From Candidatus Micrarchaeia archaeon (GTDB lineage: Archaea > Micrarchaeota > Micrarchaeia > Micrarchaeales > CABMGC01), in assembly GCA_049966395.1 (NCBI GenBank), contig JBMFUT010000004.1, forward strand, positions 1 through 30,242: a stretch of 30,242 bases of DNA, given 5' to 3'. Below are positions 25,693-30,242 of this stretch, piece by piece. A program made the translations under genes and the position numbers. How positions within the stretch are numbered: position 1 is the stretch's first letter; each line of letters starts with the position of its first letter. Below the pieces are notes generated by a model, which searched no databases, was not told the DNA's origin, and saw nothing but the letters and a program-made list of their open reading frames with translations.

Positions 25693-27825
25693 CTATTTAT
25701 TTCCCTTTCCTTTCTTTTTACGCTCTTCTTCTTCCCTTCTGCGTTTCTCTTCTTCTTCCCTTCTGCGTTTCTCTTCTTCCTTTAATTGCTCTATTTTTGC
25801 CCTGTTATCTTCAAAGCTCTCTTCTGTTTTAAAATTTATTCCCTGGCGCTCAATCTCCTTAGAAACTCTCTTGTACTCTGGTGTCTTCTGGGCTTTCATT
25901 TGCTCTGTAATTCTCTGCTTCACTTCGTTTCTTATGCGCTTCAATGCATCGTTGTATTCTTCAGAGCCCTCTTTAAACCCTGAAAGTTCTGATATTTTTG
26001 CCTTGATGAACGAGTCTTGGGTTTCTGTCTTAAAACTGCCCAATACTTCGTTTGCATGCATAACGTCCTCAGCGTCAGATGCAATCTTTTTTCCAAATTC
26101 GGATTTTCCTTTGAGGTTTTCGAGCGTGTTTCTTTCGTCATCTGTAAGGTCTCCTGCATGGGCGCCGCCCCTTATCTTTTTTATCAACTTGCTCTCGTCA
26201 TCTGTAAGTTTTTCATTCTGCGGAAGTTTGTTTATGTCGTTGTTTAGATTATTTATTGCGGTGTCATTAGCTTTGATATTGTTCCTGATTTCGTTAGCGC
26301 CAATAACCATTTCAGCGTTTAAAGCGATGTTCTTTCCAAGATCTGATTTCTCCTTGAGGTTTTCGAGCGTTGCCTTTTCCTTCTTGGTAAGACCTCCTGC
26401 AAGCAAATCCCTCTCTTCTTTGGTGATTGAGTCTGTGCCACGCTTTGATAAGTTAAGGTCTGAAATTCTCTTCACCTTTTCTATCACTTTGTTTTCTTGA
26501 TCCGTAAGTTTTTCGTTCGGAGGAAGTAAGCTCAGGGACGCGAGCATATTATCTGTCTTTTCTTTTATGAAAGCGTCATCGGCCCTGAGTCTTTCCATTC
26601 TTTCGTTTGCCTTCATGACCTTTTCTACATTGGAAGCGATTTTCTTTCCTGCATCAGATTTTTCCCTGAGCTTTTCGAGCGTGTCTCTTTCTTGCTGTGT
26701 AAGCTGTTCGGAATATGCGCCGCCCCTTATCTTTTTTATCAATCCAGATTCTTCGTCTGTAAGTTTTTCGTTTTTAGTGAGTCTGTCTATGTTCCTGAGC
26801 CTGCGCTCGAGTTCTTCTCTGCTCTTTGCCCGCTGACTTATTAGTTCAGCGGAAGAAGAAGATAAATTCAGCAGCGCTGCGTCTTCTGCGCTGTACTTGT
26901 TGGGATTGTACACAAATCTGTTCAATACCGGAATGTTCTTTTCCTTTTCCACTATGTTTTTTATTATCTCTTTCTTTTCCTCGTGCTTCTCTGCAGCTTT
27001 CGAAACTTTTTCAAGCGACCTGCTCCTCTTCTCTGCCAGCTTGTCTATTTTGTCCTGCTTTGACAGATTTCCAGTGGCTGCTATGTTGGCTTCTACTCTC
27101 CTCTGTTTTTGATCTATTTTTTCCGCCTTCTTCTCGTATTTTTCAATCCGCTTATTTACTCTCTTTGCGCTATGCAGACCATAGCCAGTAGCCAGCACGA
27201 CAGCCTGCTTTACTCTTCCGTATTTCTGCTTAGAAGGAGTAGGCTGGCGGGCGCCGCTTATTACATTCGCACTTGTTGGTGAACTAGTTGAATTTCCAGC
27301 TGATTTGCTTGAGTTACCGCTGCCCTTGCCACCTATGTTGCCAGCGCCTGCGCCAATGGCAGCGCCTCCTACGGCGCCGGCGGTGCCGGCTGCCGCCAAT
27401 GTTTTGCCACTGCTTCCAGCATTGCCTGCAACGCCAAGCGTATTTGCTGTTGATGGATTAGTGGTGTTTTTCGTTTTACTTCCTGTTATGATCTGATTCA
27501 TCATATTGTTTATATTTTTTTTCTTAGCTTTGTTTTGCTTAATTTCTTTGATTTTGTTTGAAGCTTTGTTTGTTATTATTTTCCCAACTGGACCGCCCCT
27601 TACTTTTGCGTTGGCGGTTGTCTTTAATGGATTTTGCTTTGCCAAACTGCCTCTGGTAGAGACGCCCATTAGAGCAGCAACGCCAAAAACATTGAATATA
27701 TCATAGCCGCGCATTGACGCACCTGCGGCGGCGATAAGTATTATTATTACTATTATAGGAATTAGCATGTTTATGGCTCCAAGGCTTAATGCCACGGCGA
27801 CTATGGCGAACATCCCTAGAATCAT
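25693..27825 (-). CDS. Large membrane-anchored protein with G/A/S linker, three internal repeats and E/R/K tail
   Basis: N-terminal hydrophobic segments; three NEKLTD.E...LT..E..TLE.L..KS..GK.IA...V..ANE repeats; EEEKRRRE tail. Confidence 0.8.
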   Translation of the reverse strand: MILGMFAIVAVALSLGAINMLIPIIVIIILIAAAGASMRGYDIFNVFGVAALMGVSTRGSLAKQNPLKTTANAKVRGGPVGKIITNKASNKIKEIKQNKAKKKNINNMMNQIITGSKTKNTTNPSTANTLGVAGNAGSSGKTLAAAGTAGAVGGAAIGAGAGNIGGKGSGNSSKSAGNSTSSPTSANVISGARQPTPSKQKYGRVKQAVVLATGYGLHSAKRVNKRIEKYEKKAEKIDQKQRRVEANIAATGNLSKQDKIDKLAEKRSRSLEKVSKAAEKHEEKKEIIKNIVEKEKNIPVLNRFVYNPNKYSAEDAALLNLSSSSAELISQRAKSREELERRLRNIDRLTKNEKLTDEESGLIKKIRGGAYSEQLTQQERDTLEKLREKSDAGKKIASNVEKVMKANERMERLRADDAFIKEKTDNMLASLSLLPPNEKLTDQENKVIEKVKRISDLNLSKRGTDSITKEERDLLAGGLTKKEKATLENLKEKSDLGKNIALNAEMVIGANEIRNNIKANDTAINNLNNDINKLPQNEKLTDDESKLIKKIRGGAHAGDLTDDERNTLENLKGKSEFGKKIASDAEDVMHANEVLGSFKTETQDSFIKAKISELSGFKEGSEEYNDALKRIRNEVKQRITEQMKAQKTPEYKRVSKEIERQGINFKTEESFEDNRAKIEQLKEEEKRRREEEEKRRREEEERKKKGKGNK
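25723..25779. repeat. 24-nt tandem repeat, about 2.4 copies, encoding EEEKRRRE
   Basis: CTCTTCTTCTTCCCTTCTGCGTTT identical at 25723-25746 and 25747-25770, plus a partial third copy. Confidence 0.9.
26047..26775 (-). repeat. Three intragenic domain repeats
   Basis: Exact 26-nt GCGCCGCCCCTTATCTTTTTTATCAA at 26162 and 26717 (555 nt apart, in frame); protein-level similarity across three units. Confidence 0.85.
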
Positions 27826-28003
27826 TCAGATCATCAATATAATATTAGGCATTTTTCATATAAAAAACTATGTTTTGTTTTGCGCTTGCATCAGAGTGAA
27901 AGGCGCTAACACTTGCGGTTTTGCACTATGTTTTTAGACATTGCACCAATAGTATAGTTACGTTTTTATATCAGAAAAGGCGGGATATCTTCTGGTTTTT
28001 ATA

Positions 28004-28963
28004 ATGGTTGCGCTCAAGGAGTTGCAAAGATATAGCGTAATTAGCCAAGGGGAAGTCAGACTTTATTATGCAGAGGAAGGAGCAAAAATAAAGATCGCAG
28101 AAAGTGCAATTAGGGATCTAATACATGACATGTACCGCAGCTATGAGACGGCAGGAATGCTTGCTGGGAATGTGGGCTCTGATGGCACCATTTTGTTCAC
28201 GAAATACATTAAGGCGGAGGGTGTCATCAGGTATTCTGCTTCTGTACACCAAAAATTTCAGACATACAAAGAACAGCTAGAGAAGATTGCAAGCGAGGGG
28301 TATGATGCTGAGATATCACTGCACACCCACCCTATAATTGACAAGCACAGCATCGGCAGCACTGAGATGCTAATGATAGAAAAGCGCGGGCTCAATAATC
28401 TAGATAAAAAGGCTGCGATGTTATTCCATAAGCCTACTGCTGAAGAGATTGGCTTTCGCGCTGCTTTCGAGGGCGTTTTTGAGATACGTTTCAGAATACA
28501 AGAAGATAATGAAGTTGTAACCGCAACAGATATTGCCATATTCGACATTGACAAAAGCACTGAAAGTACTGAAAATTTCACTATAGTCCATGATGAAAAC
28601 GCAGAGAAAAGGTATTTGCTTAAAAAGGTTTTCCGCTCCTCACGAAAACTTGTAGAAGGTATTAGCGCCAAGATCAGAGATCCGCTTACTACAAAGCTGG
28701 TAAATATAGAAATTCCATTTGGAAGCCAGGCACCTGACGATTTTAGCAACATAAAAACATTGCTGGCTTTGGCCAAAGTGCCAGAGGAGAAAGTTACTGT
28801 AAGCATAAACGGTGATAAGCTTAACGTTACCTTCAAAAGCACGCCTTTTACTAGATTGCAACGCAAAGAAGAACAGATTGTGGAAAATATTTTAAAGGTC
28901 ATTGGAGGCTTCACTAATAAATCTTACACATTAGAAAATGAAACTGAATTAGACAACCAGTAG
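28004..28963 (+). CDS. Probable JAB/MPN+ metallo-isopeptidase-fold protein with extra C-terminal domain
   Basis: YETAGMLAG (catalytic Glu), ISLHTHP (HxH) and GLNNLD (S-x-x-D equivalent), followed by two beta strands. Confidence 0.6.
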   Translation: MVALKELQRYSVISQGEVRLYYAEEGAKIKIAESAIRDLIHDMYRSYETAGMLAGNVGSDGTILFTKYIKAEGVIRYSASVHQKFQTYKEQLEKIASEGYDAEISLHTHPIIDKHSIGSTEMLMIEKRGLNNLDKKAAMLFHKPTAEEIGFRAAFEGVFEIRFRIQEDNEVVTATDIAIFDIDKSTESTENFTIVHDENAEKRYLLKKVFRSSRKLVEGISAKIRDPLTTKLVNIEIPFGSQAPDDFSNIKTLLALAKVPEEKVTVSINGDKLNVTFKSTPFTRLQRKEEQIVENILKVIGGFTNKSYTLENETELDNQ

Positions 28964-29058
28964 ACTTTTGCTTTTGCCTGTGCATATTTTTTACTTATGC
29001 AAATAGGTTTTGCAAAAAGTATTTTATACATTGCATTTCACATTTCGTTGGTGGAAAT

Positions 29059-29700
29059 ATGGCGGAAACGCAGCAAAATCTTTTCAAAAAATATGAGATA
29101 AAACCCTTGCCTTATTCTTTGGATGCGCTGGAGCCTTACATAAGTAAGGACATACTTGACGTGCATTACAACGGGCACCACAAGGGATACGTGAACACTG
29201 TGAACAAGCTTGTGGACAGATTTGAAAGTGTTGTCAAGGGCGACGCAACAAGCTACGACATACAGGGCATTGTAAGGGGGATAGTATTCAACCTTAATGG
29301 GCATAAGCTGCATTCGCTTTATTGGAACAACATGGCCGAGGAGGGCAAAAGGGGCAAGCCTGGGGGCATGATAGCAGATCTCATAGAGAAGCAGTACAAG
29401 AGCCTTGACAGGTTCAAGCAGGTGCTCTTTGAAACAGCAAACTCTCTCCCTGGTACGGGATGGACGACGCTCAACTACGACGTGGAGAATGGAAATCTCC
29501 AGATAATGACTTATGAGAACCACTTCATGAACCAGATTGCAGAATTGCCGATAGTGCTCATACTGGACGAATTTGAGCATGCCTACTATTTGCAGTACAA
29601 AAACAAGCGCGCCGACTATGTTGACGCGTGGTGGAATCTGATAAACTGGGACGACGTAGAAAATAGGTTGCAGAAGGCAATAAACAGGAGCAAGCTCTAG
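29059..29700 (+). CDS. sod: Fe/Mn superoxide dismutase
   Basis: [44 protein letters not shown]. Confidence 0.97.
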   Translation: MAETQQNLFKKYEIKPLPYSLDALEPYISKDILDVHYNGHHKGYVNTVNKLVDRFESVVKGDATSYDIQGIVRGIVFNLNGHKLHSLYWNNMAEEGKRGKPGGMIADLIEKQYKSLDRFKQVLFETANSLPGTGWTTLNYDVENGNLQIMTYENHFMNQIAELPIVLILDEFEHAYYLQYKNKRADYVDAWWNLINWDDVENRLQKAINRSKL

Positions 29701-29709
29701 CTGCATTGA

Positions 29710-29796
29710 CCAGCTTTCGAATCTACGCCGGCTTCGGAACTTTATCTAGCATTGAGGGCTCCAAACGGGCCGGCATCGCGCGGCTAAACAGCTTGG
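29710..29796. other. GC-rich extended stem-loop downstream of sod (candidate ncRNA or 3' UTR element)
   Basis: GCCGGC (29727-29732) pairs with GCCGGC (29769-29774); inner TTTGGAGC/GTTCCGAA on the minus strand; outer CCAGCT/AGCTTGG. Confidence 0.3.
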
Positions 29797-29868
29797 AATT
29801 TGATGGGCTTTTGTTTCATATTATTTTATATTTTTCCGGTAAAAAATGATGCGGAAGAAGGTGCAAAA

Positions 29869-30153
29869 ATGAGACTTGTAAAACATGGGAGGGATCATCC
29901 GTTCGCCGTGAAGCTTGGCGACTTGCCTGGATTTGCCGGCATTGCAGGGGATGCATAAAAGGCTAAGAACTACGAAGTGCACATCTGCGCATGCGGCTTG
30001 TCAAAACACAAGCCTTTTTGCGATGGATCGCACATGCACGCCAAGAACGAAGAAGCTGGCAAGGTATTTGCCTATGGCAATAACTACAAGAAGCTTGACA
30101 TAACGAGCAATGTCAAGGAAATTGCAGAAGAGCTGCCAGACGAGTACGAATGA
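29869..30153 (+). pseudogene. CDGSH iron-sulfur domain protein gene interrupted by an in-frame TAA at 29956-29958
   Basis: MRLVKHGRDHPFAVKLGDLPGFAGIAGDA*KAKNYEVHICACGLSKHKPFCDGSH...DEYE; AGGTG SD before ATG 29869. Confidence 0.8.
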
Positions 30154-30160
30154 TGACTAA

Positions 30161-30242
30161 ATGGCTTGCATAGTGTGCGGCTTTGAAATGGTCAATATAC
30201 AGGCATGCCACTTGCGCTGCCCCAATTGCGGTGCTGAAATAA
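30161..30242 (+). CDS. Small Zn-ribbon (CxxC...CPxCG) microprotein, cut by the window edge
   Basis: MACIVCGFEMVNIQACHLRCPNCGAEI..., starting 7 nt after the CDGSH stop. Confidence 0.75.
   Translation, partial: MACIVCGFEMVNIQACHLRCPNCGAEI

Noticed and set aside
25693..26775. Repeats as a possible CRISPR array
   Set aside because: The repeats are in-frame coding duplications without a regular repeat-spacer period; no cas genes.
28981..29001. TGCATA-N9-TATGCA palindrome upstream of sod as a metal-regulator operator
   Set aside because: Short AT-rich palindrome with no second copy found; insufficient support.
24348..29058. Integrated element (att duplication of a tRNA 3' end)
   Set aside because: No second copy of the tRNA-Ala, -Ser or -Val 3' ends and no integrase found by eye.
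29038..29706. Long antisense ORFs over sod (also 28258-28914, 25871-26500, 18969-19511, 7110-7706)
   Set aside because: Codon-bias shadows of real genes on the opposite strand, with no motifs.
29956..29958. Selenocysteine/pyrrolysine or alternative genetic code at the internal stop
   Set aside because: The codon is TAA, not TGA or TAG, and TAA terminates gltX and other genes normally.
29915..30103. 62-aa ORF in the track
   Set aside because: Wrong frame. The CDGSH motif is in the frame starting at 29869.

Overview
Archaeal chromosomal window, most likely a DPANN Micrarchaeota-like genome. That assignment is inferred from the compact archaeal housekeeping genes, the N-glycosylated Cys-rich surface proteins and a tRNA with two tiny non-canonical BHB introns. 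Housekeeping genes: PIN nuclease, RpoE'/Spt4, FKBP PPIase, GluRS, NAD kinase, DHH/RecJ-like nuclease, KaiC-like ATPase, RNase Z, GGGP synthase, TruD, two glycosyltransferases, DUF424, NAC and SOD, plus three tRNAs (Val-GAC, Ser-CGA with introns at 30/31 and 59/60, Ala-TGC). Features absent from the ORF track: (i) a 31-aa microprotein with 23 acidic residues and its own TATA, SD and terminator; (ii) two related IS200/IS605-type hairpin ends (2-56, 11123-11177), the first running off the left edge; (iii) a CDGSH Fe-S gene interrupted by one in-frame TAA; (iv) a Zn-ribbon microprotein at the right edge; (v) candidate structured RNAs. Also notable: an N-terminal-only Rqc2/NFACT, a proline-dehydrogenase-fold protein with eroded catalytic motifs, a Sulfolobales-like SOD, and an accessory block beside tRNA-Ala (acidic microprotein, repeat-containing membrane protein, stand-alone JAB/MPN protein). 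No database searches were run; family calls rest on motif recognition.
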